Source of the DNA: Callorhinchus milii
Lineage: Eukaryota
Direction: 5' to 3'
NCBI RefSeq assembly: GCF_018977255.1
Contig: NW_024704742.1
Location: 9,302,001 to 9,366,000, forward strand
DNA: 64,000 bases
The position numbers and the translations under genes are program-made. The notes beneath the pieces are model-generated. The model was not told where the DNA came from. It saw nothing but the letters and a program-made list of their open reading frames with translations, and searched no databases. Positions 38,401 to 51,599 of the stretch are shown piece by piece. The stretch's first letter is position 1. Each line of letters begins with the position of its first letter.

Positions 38401-38660
38401 CCTTTCCCACCTCACATCCAGTCCCTGACCAGTATCAGTTCCCTCCACCTCGACCACATTGCCTGTGTCCAATCGTATCTTGCACACAACACTGCTGTGT
38501 TGCCCTTATCCATGCTTACGTTACCTCCCACCTGAATTTCTCCAATGTCCTCCCCAGTTCCTTCATTCGTAAAGTCCAATTGATTCAGAATTTCAACGCT
38601 TGTATCCTCACCTGTACTAAACTCCTTACCCCAACATCCCAATCCTGGCCAGGCTCCGCT
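38401..38660 (+). mobile_element. Older L2 ORF2 fragment
   Basis: Degenerate F.PHIQSLT..LIHAYVTS..IQN. Confidence 0.65.
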
Positions 38661-38952
38661 ACACAGGATATACTGTAAAGTGAATTGACTGAATATTTTG
38701 TAGGCGTAATACAGCAGCCAATTGTGCACAGCAGCGTCCCACAAACAGTTGTGGGTTGAATGACCAATTTATTATTATTTTTTATTCATTTTTATGTTTT
38801 AAAGAAAAGTGATCCGCCATTCAACTAACATCTGGGTTCCTACTTACTCCTAGGTAAATAGAGATGTGTGGAGTAAGGAAACGTGCCCAACATTTCACCC
38901 AGCCAGGAATCAAACCCAGGTCTGTTGCTTGCGAGGCAAGTACTCCAACCAC
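38661..38952 (-). mobile_element. Young SINE lacking tail
   Basis: Family match. Confidence 0.87.
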
Positions 38953-40656
38953 TTTGACTGTTCTCCACGGCTCATTGTCAAGCTCTGCCATTGTTAAGTG
39001 TTTCGGGACGGCACCCCACGTGAAGGTTTTTTTTTAAAAAAATGCAACTTGCTGTTGTTATAGCACAGGAATGGACATCTTGTTCTGAGAGCATGTGCTG
39101 GACTGAATGGCTTCCTTCTGTGCTGTAAATTTCTAAGAATCTGTGATTCTACATGTGAGAGTGAGGCCCTGTGGAGGGGATCATTTCAAGAACATGTGGG
39201 GGTTATAAATAATGTGAATTCATCACTTTATTCAGAGAACAAACATGTGGCAGGCCTTCATAAACAAGTATTCAATACTCAGAAGGGGCCCTTTAGTACT
39301 TCTATGTGAATGTGCCTGAGAAATAGAACATCTGCCCATTCTAGCATTAGAACATGGAGTCTCTCCCAGTGTCCTGGCTAACAATTTCCCAGATAAAATT
39401 GTTCATTCGTTTTATGGCGATGCGCGAAATTGACCGCTGCGCTCGCCTACAAATATAAAGTCGCTTTACAGTAAATCTTGTGAATGCTTTGAGACGTCTC
39501 GATGACGTGATAAAGCACCACAGCAAATGCAAGGATGATTATTATTTCCCTGCAGTGATGCATAGGAAAAGAGCAAACACTCAATCCAGTTTAATATAAC
39601 TAACTGTGTGAAGCACTCTGAAATGCTTCAAACCGATAAAGTGGCACTGTACTAAATGCAAGTATTATTTATATTCTGGTCTGGACAGTGAAGTCAATGA
39701 AATACACAACTTGGGATTTGGAATCCAGAGGCACAGAAAAGAATGGTGTGTTGGGTGGAGAGTGAGGGGAAGTGGTGGTGGTGGGGGGGGGGAGTTGTTG
39801 AAATGAACCTAAGTGGGAGAAAGAGCATGAAAATTGGCAATGAGAGCTGCAGGCTTCAGTGCCAGTTTGTTCAAGGGCTAAGACCCTTTTTGAGGCTGAT
39901 ACATCTGTCTCTGTGATAATATTATGCTAGTGAGTTACAAGCTTCTGACAGTTTAATCTTTTCAGCACTTATTCTATTTGCAGCTTGATATCCCATGACT
40001 ACATTTAATGAGACGATCTGCATTTTGTAGCCCAGCGGAAAATCTGTTTCTAAATCTGCAATGGCAGCCTTTGGCACTGCCAGCCTGACGCACAAATGGT
40101 AATCTATCAGAAACACACTGGCTTTGGTGAAGGATGACTCGGGGTGCAGGCACTGGCCGCAGGTGTCTTTATCAGGAGCAGAGACTTACACTGTAAGACA
40201 AGAGGTTGGAACTTAAGCATGAGACAGAGAAGGTGTTGGAGAGGTGGGGTGGTGGGGGGGGGAGTTGTTGAGAGGGAGTTCAAGGCTAATATTTCCTCCT
40301 GATATTTTCAGTACCAAAATACTATCAAGATTGTCGACTCTGTACATTCTAATGATACCAATACACTGGTAGCTCACTATCAGTCCTGTAGCTCGGTGGT
40401 TAGAGCTGTTGCTTTGCAAGTGAGAGGACCTGGGTTCGATAACCCGGGCAGGGTATAACGTTGGGGAAGTTTTGGGGCTGTATCAAAAGCAAGGATTATT
40501 ATTATTATTAACTTCCTAAAGCAGTACTGTAGTGTGTGTGTGGGGGTCCTCAACAACAATACTGTTGAGTCTGAAAATAGCCCATCATTTGACTGAGGCA
40601 CAAAACTTGGGGTGTTGTTTCGAGATAAAAGGTAAGTGTCTGTGTTTAGTAGCCTT

Positions 40657-41047
40657 TAATAATCATAATAACCTTGCATTTGATATGGTGCCTTATCAAG
40701 TCTTCAAGATGTCTCAAAGTGCTTCACAGTAAATACTGTAAAGCGAATTAACTATTTTGTGGGCGAATTGACTATTTTGTGGGTGAAATGCAACAGCCAA
40801 TTTCGCACAGCACTTTATCACAAACAGTTGTGGATTGAACGACCAATTTATTATTATTTTCTTTGAATCAATTATTCCCCTGGAAAAGCGATCCGATGAT
40901 CGACTAACAGCTGGTTTCCTACTTACTGCTAGGTAAACAGAGGCGTGTGGAGTAAGGAAACTTGCCCAACGTTTCATCCTGCTGAGAATCGAACTCAGGT
41001 CTCCCACTTACGAGGCGAGTGCTCTAACCACTGAGCTACAGGACTCC
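40657..41047 (-). mobile_element. Young tRNA-Ala-derived SINE, full length with a 20-bp internal duplication
   Basis: Family match; GCGAATT(A/G)ACTATTTTGTGG occurs twice. Confidence 0.92.
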
Positions 41048-41261
41048 ACACTCAATTGGTGTTATTCAAGAAATATTTCAGAGGGAACTGATAACTACCC
41101 TGTTATCTGAAACAAATCATCATTTGTACAAGACTTATTGGACATTGTAATGGTAATCACGACTTTTTGGACACCTTGTATCAGAACCATTAGAATAGCA
41201 ACTGGGACACTAGCTTGCATGAGGGATGCTACATAAATGTAAGTTATTATTGTTGACTAAG

Positions 41262-41480
41262 GGATCTAAAAGAGAATTTAGGAGGAACCACTTCACACAG
41301 TGGAACTCATTGCCTGAAGTGGAGGTTGAATTGGATAGTGTAGATACATTCAATAGGAAGCCAGAAGAGGGGAATGGAAGGGTATGAGAGGGAGTAAGGA
41401 ATGAGTGGAGACTTATGTGGAGTATAAACACTGTCATGGGCTGGTTGGGCTGAGTGGCCTGTTTCTGTGTTGTATATTCT
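41262..41480 (+). mobile_element. CR1 3' end
   Basis: TGGAACTCATTGCC..GGGCTGAGTGGCCTGTTTCTGTG. Confidence 0.8.
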
Positions 41481-41714
41481 TTATTAATCTTTGTCGATTC
41501 TGCGTTACTTGCGTTCAATTTTGTACTGTTAATGGAAGGACATCTGTGCTTTAAGCTGTATTGAATGCCTTCAGTAGCCCAATTATTTCAAGAGTGTTAC
41601 CACTTTCAGTTGCACCCAATATCTCTCAAGTCTGTTGCAATGTGTGCTGCTTTCTCGTAGGTACTAAAGAAGGATAGTCAACAATGGGAACAGGTTGCCA
41701 GGAAAGGTGGTAGT

Positions 41715-42030
41715 GGAGTCCTGTAGCTCAGTGGTTAGAGCACTCGTTTTGCAAGCGAGAGACCTGAGTTGAATTCCGGGCAGGGCGAAACCTTGGGCAA
41801 GTTTCTTTACTCCACACGCCTAATAATAATCCCTCCAAAAAACCAAAACAATAATAAATTGGTTATTTTCAATCCATATGACTGTTTGTGGGACATTGCT
41901 GTGCGCTGCCGTGTTCGCCCACAAGTATACAGTCAATTCACTTTACAGTGTGTTCTGTGAAGCGCTTTGGGACGTCCTCCTGACGTGAAAAGCGCTATAT
42001 CAAATGCAAGGATTATTATTATTATTATTA
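41715..42030 (+). mobile_element. Young SINE, short subfamily, inserted in an old CR1 fragment (about 41680-42155)
   Basis: GGAGTCCTGTAGCTCAGTGGTTAGAGCAC head, TGC anticodon-like loop, (ATT)n tail. Confidence 0.94.
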
Positions 42031-44771
42031 GATGCCAGGACATTTAAAAAGCAGTTTGATGCTGTGATGGGAGAATGGTAAGGTGGGTGCTCTGGAGGGA
42101 TGAGATTGGACAAGTTGTGTAGGGCCTCCTTCATGTGAACTGATCTTGTTATCTGGGGATAAGGTTATAGACCCCCATGGCTGACAATTTTCTAACCAGG
42201 ATTATGTTTCTCAGTCTCATATACAAACAGTATATGTGACGATATCAGCAATCTGACCAGTTTAAGCACTCTGGGACGCTATCCTCCGTGGAGGGTGCTA
42301 TATAAACGCAAGTTGTTGTTGTTGTTTTGCTTTCCAAGCATAATTTAATTACTAGTATTTATTGATACAGCTCAGGAAATAAAGGACGAGTTAGAAGAAA
42401 TAAAATGAAATCAAACGGAACGTTGCCAATACCAAAGTGTGATTTCCGACGCATTGGTAATTGAAACAAGGTCTCTCTGTGTCTCTGAAGACCAGCTGTC
42501 AGAAGTTCTGTTCTTTGTTCTTCTTGTGTTGTTTCTCTCCCTCACATATAAGCGCCTACATTGACTCCCACGTTTCTCCCACAAAATACACAATCACTAC
42601 ACTTTGCAATATAATCTGTGAATATACTTTGAGATGTCTCAAAGACACAATAAGGCACTGTATCAAACACAAGGATTATTATTATTACATAGCCTAGTTT
42701 GCAGCCTGCAAACTCTACATTTGTACTTTGAACTTTAATGAATCATTCAAAGACAGTCCAGTGAACGGCAATACAATATACATTTATATCGCTCTTTTCA
42801 CATAGGGAGAATGTGTTAAAGCCTTACGTTTATAAGTTGATGGAAAGAGAGAGGAGGAACATCAACACTGGAGGATTGAATACCCAAGCTATTGCGTCAG
42901 CCTGGCTCATTCGCCTACAAATACGCAGTCATCCCAACTTATAATAATATTCATAATAATAATCCTTGCATTTGATATAGCGTCTTACTATGTCTTCAAG
43001 ATGTCTCAAAGCGCTTCACAGAATATACTCTGAAGTGCTTTGGGATGCCATCCCAATGTGAAAGGCACTCTACCACACATAAGGATTATTCCTCTTATTA
43101 TAATTATTATTTTTCCATTTCAACCTTAAATTGCTTCTTAAATTAATTTGGTATCCTTGCCTTGATTACCCTAATGATAAACCATTCCCTCGGTGTTAAC
43201 AAATACTTCTTGGTGGCTATTCTAATATTGTCCTTCACAGACCTGAACTTATGAACTATTGACTCCTTCCAGTGCATTCTGTGGTTGCAGTCTGAAAGGA
43301 TTGGGAAATACAATTTGATCCATCAAGTGTGCTGGGACATGATAAGGCCACTCTTACACAGTTCCTGGGAATTGTGCAACTTGATTCCTTCAGTAAGAAC
43401 ATGCTTGTCTGTAACGGCTGATTCTCTGGGCAGCAGTTAGCTTCCTACGCTGTTCAAGCGACTCGTGCATTTAATAAAACATTACTAGCTCCTGTCTCGC
43501 TGGGATCATTACACTCCGGTTAATCAGCACTCAGAACAGCAGCGGGTCTTTGTACTATTAAACCTGATTAGCATTTGATGGAGTTTAATTAGCAGCTATT
43601 TGAGACTGAGATTATATAACTAAGTGTCACTGACTCAAAAAACTACCTAACTACTTGTAGGGGGCTTGTTATATTCCATCAGCTCTCTTTGAATGTCCAA
43701 ACTATGCTTCAGGATTTATTGTGTCAAGTTCTCAATGTGAGCTCTTCCCTGACCTGCCTTCAGCTGGGTCCAGATGCAAGTGCGTCTGTGTTTTCATAGA
43801 TTTCATCAGACAGTGGCAGCCACAAATGGCTGACAGCAGTTTTCTCCATTCAAACCTCTGTTCAACTTGTCTCCGGTGCCGAATCCTTCCAGAGGGCTAT
43901 GTGCTGTAAACAATGGAGCAGCGTTGTATTGTTTCAAACTCAAGATCTTCACCTCTTGCCCCTCTGTGATTTCCTGAAACCTCACGACCTGGACATTCCC
44001 TTTGCTCATTAAGCACTGCTTTATGTCTCTTGTCAAGTCCACCTCACTGTCAGTTGGTGAATGAGTTTTCACCCATTCTGCTCCAACTCTCTGCCAATTT
44101 GTAAGCTATTTCACTACAAAACACACAAGCCATTATGTTTTACAGTATAGCCTGTGAAGCACTTTGGGATGTGAAAAGCACTGTACCAAATGTGAAGATC
44201 ATTTAATTGGGATTATCTTAAATTGACACTCTTTTGTTCTGCACTACTGTTACTCTAACAACCTCTTGCTGTCATTATATACATTATTTTGACTCACTAC
44301 CTTCTTATAATAATAATCCTTGTATTTGATGTAACGCCATATCACGTATTCGAGACGTCTCAAAGCTCTTCACAGAATATACTGCACAGTGAGTTGACTG
44401 TATATTTGGGGGCAAAGGGTACTTGTAAAGCATATGGGTTGACCCTAGCTTCTCCATTTCTTTCCTTCTGTCCCATTATGAAGTGATTCGCGACTCAGTC
44501 GTGATAAAGAACTGACCCCATCTCGTTACCTCACTGCAGCATGGAGTAAGATTTTGCAATGTCAATAGATATCTTCTAGCTTCTTACCAAATATAGCCTG
44601 CTTCATACCCTCCAACTCATTCTATTTTAAGAAACGATTTGGAGGCATGACAGAATGAGACAGAATGGGAAAAGTTGACCTTTAATTTTGTTGTTTTTAA
44701 TCGGTTCAGATACATAGAACAGGCAGATTGTCAGGCAACCAAGGGGGTGTACTGCATTCTCTCTTCTTGTA

Positions 44772-45372
44772 TTTTGGTTTTGGTCAGCTGGATGTTTGAC
44801 ACATATGGAAACCTATCACCATGCTTAAGTGTATCCAAACCAGATTAAGAGTTCCACATATACATGTCACCCACACATGGACATTCCCACGTTATGGAAT
44901 GGAATGTAATTCTTCCCTCCAAGGAAAACATCCTGCTTACCTAATTCCAGGGACTATTACGGCAGGTTAGTAACACTTCGGGACTTCGGGACTCCAGAGT
45001 TTGTTCGATTATTGCTGGATTTTAACTAAAACCACACAAACAGACATGCACACTTACACAATGCATTAAACCCCTGTCTGACAAGCTTTCCGGCTGCTCG
45101 TCCAGCTGGGACCACCCTACCCCTTAGGGCTTTGGCTTGCAGGGTTAACAGGAGCTGAGTGGGATAACTCCCTGCCCCCAGTGACTGGTCTGACCTTCCA
45201 GGTCCTGCCGATGAGCCAGACTGGGCTGTGCTGTCATCAGCCCTGGAATACTGCGGACCCGCCTGGCTCAGGAACCAGACTAGAGACCATCACAGAGGGC
45301 TGGCTCGATTCTGACAGTCCATTGCCAGGCATGTCACCGGGGAGCCAGTCCAGCTCCAAGAAGATCTCGCCT
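44772..45372 (-). mobile_element. Unclassified structured interspersed element, copy D (apparently full length)
   Basis: Collinear with copy B and loses similarity at the same distal point. Confidence 0.85.
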
Positions 45373-47332
45373 CCCCCGGCCCTGCAAGGAGGATAGTGAT
45401 TAAGTTGTTTGTAATATTACTGAGTTAGTGGAGGGAAAACATAGGATGTGATGTGATGGTATTCATCAGTAATAATTAACGTACTGCTAATTACAAATTC
45501 TCTCCCCCACCGATCCTTTATTCTTTCTCTGTTATGAAGGAAAATTCAGATTGCCCAGTTTGCTGAAAGTCACTATCAGTTAAACAGGGCAGAATCTAGT
45601 TCTTTTCTCTCTGTGGGGCTACTTTTCATGTAACGTCCTTAAGTAATGTTTGATTGGAGGCTGCAACTGAGTGATTAGGACAACCATTGATTGTTGTATT
45701 TGTATTGTTTAAGGCTGAACGACCACTGACTCTCATCTCAATCTCTGTCTCCCATTCTTGTACTTTGAACCCATTCCTAAAATTAGAAACCATTTTAATT
45801 GGCCCCTGACCTGGTGATTGATCATGTTTCAGTTGTATTGGTGAGAAAATTGTTTCACATGATGTTAAGGGAAACATTTTCATCCAAATGCCATGCAGTT
45901 AACTTACATCCAGGGATAAAGTAGTTCCTCTTGGAGTGCTGTCTCAAATCCAGTTGTTCCACATATCCTTGCCAACAATCCCCAGATTGAAAAAAAATGT
46001 TATTCCCTTGAAAGTTGTTTGTGGGACAGTTGTGCACAAATTGATTGCTGTGTTTGCCTACGGAATACACAGTCACTGTATTTTGTAGGAAAACACATGG
46101 GATTTATGACCCAGAGGTGAGAGTGCTGCTGACTGAACCAGCCTAAATAAAAATACTTTGAATTCAGGCTACATTTCGATTTTCAATGAAAAAAATAATA
46201 TTTTCACAGTAAAGTGAAGCGCTTTGAGACATCCTCCCATTGTTAAAGGTTATATTGAATGCCAAGCTTATGATTGTTATTACTAATACCTGTTATATCA
46301 TTATTATTACTTAGCTGACAGAAATGGAGTGGGGAGGTGTCAGCTGTAATTATGTTGAAAGTGATGCAGATGACATATAATAAAAATGTTAATTAATGTA
46401 CTTGACCTAGAATGTCTAAAAAGTATCATATTCTACAACAGCTGCCTTTTCCAGTTGTCCTTTTACTTTCTCCATTTGCCCTTCACGTTTAGAATTGTTT
46501 TTGAATGAAACGCTGTTTGATTTTTTTTGCCATGCTGCAAATTAGTGTGAGATTACTAATTTATAATGACATTGCTTTGCTGAGGTGGAAAGTCTGCTCT
46601 TGTTTATTGTGGTATTCAAGAGACATTACATTGAAATTTCCATAAAACAGAGCCAGCAGATCTCAGCTAGAGTAACTTTCTTTGTTGACACATCAACTTA
46701 AAGCGGTTCCATTAAAGGAAAAAGAAGTTAGACACAGGTGGAGTATTTCACAAGATATTAATAACCCTTATATTTGATATAACGCCTTTTGTGTCAAGAG
46801 GATGTCTCGTAGTGCTTCACAGGATATACTTTAAAGTGTTGTGGCTGTGTATTTTGTAGGCGCAGACAGTAAAGGATTAGTCCCACAAATAGAGCAGAAA
46901 GAGCACATCGAAGCAGATCAGTGCAGTGTATTTAAATAATATGTGGCTTGATGACAGAGCTACCACACAATCTGTTTCAGACTCCAGAGAACACTTATAC
47001 GTTAGGACTGTATTTGAAGATGTTCATCTGTGGAGATTTATGGGCAGTTTTGTGAAGAATTACAAAAGCCTGCCCTGAACTCATTTCACTTAAGATCTTC
47101 ATAATTGACTATTTTACACAAAGGACAGTTAGTACGTGAAGCAGTTTGCTTAGGGAAATGTTGGAAGCAGATAATATGGGCTGTTTCAAGGTGGAATTGG
47201 ATAGCTTTATGGATAATGAAGGAGTTTGAGTGATTTGTGAGATAGGGAGAGATGGTATTTGAAATGGAATGAGTCAGATGTACTGTAGGGGTTATTTCTG
47301 GGCCTGTACACTTCATATATCACATGTAGTTG

Positions 47333-47770
47333 CCACCTTGGCTTAGTGGTAGCACTCTCACCTCTGAGTCAGAAGGTTTTGGGTTCAAGATCGATGTTGA
47401 GACAATGATCTCCTGATCTGCACACTGACAATGTAATAGAGCGCTGGGGGCGTGCTACAATGTTGGAAAAGTGGTACTTCATATAAGGCAATAAACCGAG
47501 GTCCCGTCTGCCATTTCAGGTGGTCATTAAACAACTTGTGACACTATTCAAAAAGAGAAGGGAGTTTCACCCAGTTTCTTGGCTAACAATTCCCCGGAAA
47601 AACTGATCAAGGCCACTTGTGAGACATTGCTGTGTACAAATTGGATGCTGATTTTGCCTACCAAGAACAGTCATTCCATTTAATAGTAATTCCTATAAAG
47701 CGCTTTGAAACATTTTAACAGGACAGGTAGTAAGTCAAATGCAAGGACTATTATTATTATTATTATTATA
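47333..47770 (+). mobile_element. Deu-domain SINE, near full length
   Basis: GGCTTAGTGGTAGCACTCTCACCTCTGAGTCAGAAGG head; TAAACCGAGGTCCCGTCTGCC Deu core. Confidence 0.85.
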
Positions 47771-47849
47771 TATTATGTTGCTATATTAGATGCCACTGTG
47801 AAAGGAGACCCTCCTCCAGTTTTTCTGATCTAGATTTTAAATAAATACT

Positions 47850-48105
47850 TCTTGATAAGCACCTTACCACATCTTCGTTACGTCTCAAAGCGCTTCACAG
47901 AATATACTGTAAAGTGACTTGACTGTATATTTTGTGGGTGACCGGCGGCAGCCAAATGCGCACAGCAGTTGTTGTGGATTGAGTGAATGATTTCATTATT
48001 TTTATTTTTTTGAAGGAATTATTACCCCCCAGAAAAGCAATCCACCAATTCACTAACAACCGGGTTCCTACTTACTGCTATGTAAACAGAGGCGTGTGGA
48101 GTCAG
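47850..48105 (-). mobile_element. Young SINE lacking head
   Basis: Family body and partial tail. Confidence 0.82.
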
Positions 48106-48343
48106 GAATTTTGTCTCTGGTTTTAAGAGAGACAACACAAGCCATTGTAACAAAATTCCACCCCCAGATCTCAGTGGGAGTCAGCGTCTCCTCAATGTAT
48201 CTTTGCTTATTTATACTTATTTATGTTCCAGCACAGCTTGATGTCATAGAAATCCCCCATTGTGTTTATTTATTTTGCACTCACACTATCAACCCGGATC
48301 CTCTGCCTTCCATGGCCATTTTTGGCCAAGAGATGCCTCAATT

Positions 48344-48740
48344 ATAATAATAATAATCCTTGCATTTGATACAGTGCTTTATTACATCTTTGAGACGTCT
48401 CAAAGCGCTTCACAGAATATGATGTAAAGTAGAGCGACTATGTATTTTGTGGGCGAAACGTGGCAGCCAATTGCGCACAAAGGTGTCCCACATATAGTCG
48501 TGGATTGAGCGACCAAATTATTATTTTAATTAGCTTATTTATTGAAGGGATTATTATCCCTGGAAAGCGATCTGCCAATCGACTACCAACCGGGATCATG
48601 CTTACTGCTAGGCAAACAGAGGCATGTGTGTGTGTGTGGAGTAAGGAAACTTGCCTAAGGTTTGCCCTGTCTCACCCGGGAATCAAACCCGAATCCTCTC
48701 GCTTGCAAGACGAGTGTTCTAACCATAACGCTACTGGATT
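48344..48740 (-). mobile_element. Young tRNA-Ala-derived SINE, full length
   Basis: Family match. Confidence 0.9.
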
Positions 48741-48921
48741 ATAGGGGCAAGTGGGAGTCAAAATAAAACAAGTCTGTGATTCAGCCGCTGTTAGCATTTA
48801 CAGTAAACATAAGTGACTTTTCATGTGGGTTTTGTCTGTTACATGGTTTTCAAACTTGCTTCTGCTTAGACTGGCAGCTTTATGCCCACGTTTTGCAGTG
48901 TTGCCAAATGATTGTGTCCCC

Positions 48922-49270
48922 ACAACAACAATAACAAATTGCATTTACAAGTCGAGAGGATGTTCCAAGGTGCTGATCAGTCAAAGGTTTGTCACCTGAG
49001 CTGAAGGTTGGATTCGGGGGTGGTAGGGGCAACAGTGTGCGGATGATGGGAGAAAGATGACTGAAAGCACCATCAAAAAGGAAGGTCTTCAGACTAACTT
49101 TGAAGGAGGTGAGGGAAGGGTGAGGAGGAGGGGCTCTGGGATGGAGATCCAGAGAGTGAGGGCAGAAAGGCTAAAGGTCTGACCGCTGATGGTGGGATGG
49201 GCAGACCTGGTGATGTGAAGTAGACCAATGCCTGTTGAGCAGAAGGAATGGGTGGGTTGGTAGTGTATTT
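48922..49270 (-). mobile_element. L2 3' fragment
   Basis: (CAA)n tail and reverse match to the ORF2 end. Confidence 0.8.
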
Positions 49271-49328
49271 ACTAATCCCTCCTGATGCCTCGATTGCTGT
49301 AAGGGGTCCCTCAAAAGTGATTTCAGCA

Positions 49329-49699
49329 AATAATAATCCTTGCATTTGATATAGCGCCTTATCACATCTTCGAGATGTCTTAAAGCACTTCACAGAATAT
49401 ACTATAAAGTGAATTAAGTATTTATTTTCAGGCAAAATGCTGCAGCCAATTGTGCACAGCAGTGTCCCACAAACAGTCGTGGATTGAGTGACCAATTTAT
49501 TATTATTATTTTTTTGAAGAAATTATTACCCCCAGAAAAGCCATCTGCCAACCGACTAATACCTAGGTTCCTAATTACTGATAGCTAAACAGAGGCATGC
49601 GGAGTAAGGAAACTTGCCCAACATTTTGCCCTGCAAGGAATCAAACCCAGGTCTCTCACTTGCGAGGCGAGTACTTTAACCACTAAGCTACAGGTCTCC
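49329..49699 (-). mobile_element. Young tRNA-Ala-derived SINE, full length
   Basis: Family match. Confidence 0.92.
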
Positions 49700-49708
49700 A
49701 CAAAGCAT

Positions 49709-50030
49709 TGTTGTGACAGGGGAATAAACCCTGGTCCCTGGTTTTTATGGCTATTGGCACTTCACCTATGTTTAAAGGAGAGTGTGTTTTTTTTGTGATT
49801 TATTTTTAAAAAAAGGTTTCTCAATCGAGGGAGCTAACCAAGGCGAGTCTTCAATCAGTTTGGAGTTCCCGCCCTAAGAGCTAATTAGGCACCAGTGACC
49901 AGTTAATGATTGAGCACCAATGTATCGGTGAGTGCCAGAGAGAGAAGTGGGGAGGCTGAAGAAGAAGGCTGTAAAATAAACCTTTAATTGTTAAAACCTG
50001 CGGTGCAAGTTTTATTCAATAATAAAATAT
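49709..50030 (+). mobile_element. Possible solo LTR
   Basis: Starts TGTTGTGACAG, about 320 bp, AATAAA near 3' end; no terminal CA or TSD seen. Confidence 0.25.
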
Positions 50031-51114
50031 AGTATAATAATAATCCTTATGAAGTGCTTTGAGATGTTTTGCACACGCTATATCAAATGCAGGGATTATT
50101 ATTATTGTAATTGTATTATTGTATTATTATTGTAAATGTATTTGCCAACAAAAATGCAACTGAGCTTTAGGAAGGCTCAGTATTGTTTGCAATGAGAACA
50201 GCAGTCCCCAGCTGGAACCTCCAGAATGTACGGTAGGATTTTTTATCTGAATACCTCTGAAATATATGCGCGAGAAGCAAAAAGCAAAATGACCTTTTCA
50301 AACAAGGCTTTGCGAAAGGTCAAGATCTCAACGAGAATGTGGCGCCGAACAGTGAATTCTTGAAGGAAGCGATTTTTTTTGGATCGTTTGAAAAGATTCT
50401 TGGTGCTGAACGCTGGCTGAAAGCGCTATGTTTTATGCATAGAGCTCTTTCAGCAGGGAAAACCCATTACTCCAGGAATTCCGAATGCAGAGGAACTCCC
50501 TGGCAACTGACAACACCAATAGCTCTTCCTGTAGAAGTGCTGAAAACCAATATTATGTCCCTATCAGCCTGTCGTTCATAGGAATAATGAAATGTATCTG
50601 CAGAAATGAATTGCACGAGCTAATCTGTGGCGCAGAGCTCTGGCTGCCATCAATCTGTGGCACCAGCTCCCTGGCAGTTAAATGGTGCGTCCAGGAGAAG
50701 CGTAATCAGAATTTGTGTCAATGTGACAGCAGGAGTCAGTGGCCTGTGTCTGGCCTGGCTTCTCAAGGAAAGACATACAGACCTGCCATGGCATGAGGCA
50801 ACGTTTCAGATCCAGTCTGCTGCCTCCACCCCCTGTGTACCAAGCAGCACACAGTAACTACTTGCATTTATATAGCGTCCTTCACTTAGAGTCATGTCTC
50901 GAGTACTTTACTGAGAAGTTGCTGGATGGGGGAGGGGAAGGGGAGGAGGGAAATGACCCGAGATAAGGTCAAAAAGGTAAATAGTAGCATCACTCCTACC
51001 CAGTTGTTGACTGAGACATGCAAAAGGCGGCATTTCCGTCGTATAGTACGCGTGAAGGGTACTTTTATAATAGATAATAATAATAGTCCTAGCATTTGAC
51101 ATAGCGCCTTATCA

Positions 51115-51599
51115 ACAACAAGATTACATTTGTATAGTGCCTTTCACGTCGGGAGAACATCCTAAGGCGTTGGACAGTGTACAGCATGTCAAACCCGACC
51201 TGGGGGCGGGGGGCGGGGGGGAAGGGAGAGGAGGGGAAGGGGATGGCCAATGGCATGGTCGAAGAGGAGGGTTTTGAGGCTGGACTTGAAGGAGGCTAAG
51301 CAGGGGGCGAGGCGAAGTGACTGGGGGATGGAATTCTGGAGGTTGGGGGCAGAGTGCCTGTAGGCTCTCCCGCCAATGGTGGGGCGGGTGGGTCGGGGGA
51401 CGTGGAGCAGGCCAGAGCCGGCTGAGCGGAGGGAACGGGCGGGTTGGTAGGGGGTTAGGAGGTCGCAGAGGTAGGGTGGCGCGAGGCCATGGAGGGCTTT
51501 GTATGTGAGGACCAGGACTTTGAACTGGATCCTCTGAAGGATAGGGAACCAATGGAGTCGGGTGAGAATGGGGGAGATGGGGTCACGGAGTTTGGTGCG
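51115..51599 (-). mobile_element. Young L2 3' end inserted in a SINE tail (host about 51073-51755)
   Basis: Uninterrupted ORF2 end LHWFPILQRIQFKVLVLTYKALHGLAPPYL; TATCA at 51110-51114 and 51600-51604. Confidence 0.94.

Noticed and set aside
39745..40272. Direct repeat GGTGGTG(G)nAGTTGTTGA about 470 bp apart as a TSD
   Set aside because: Low complexity, and the enclosed sequence has no element features
41715..41790. tRNA-Ala gene (also the other SINE heads)
   Set aside because: No complete acceptor stem or T-run terminator; continues directly into the SINE body
43806..44072. 88-aa protein-like ORF in unique sequence
   Set aside because: Non-ATG start, no recognisable domain, no convincing splice sites
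50340..50356. tRNA-Lys primer-binding-site-like TGGCGCCGAACAG
   Set aside because: One deletion plus mismatches, about 300 bp from the putative LTR, and no gag-like ORF follows
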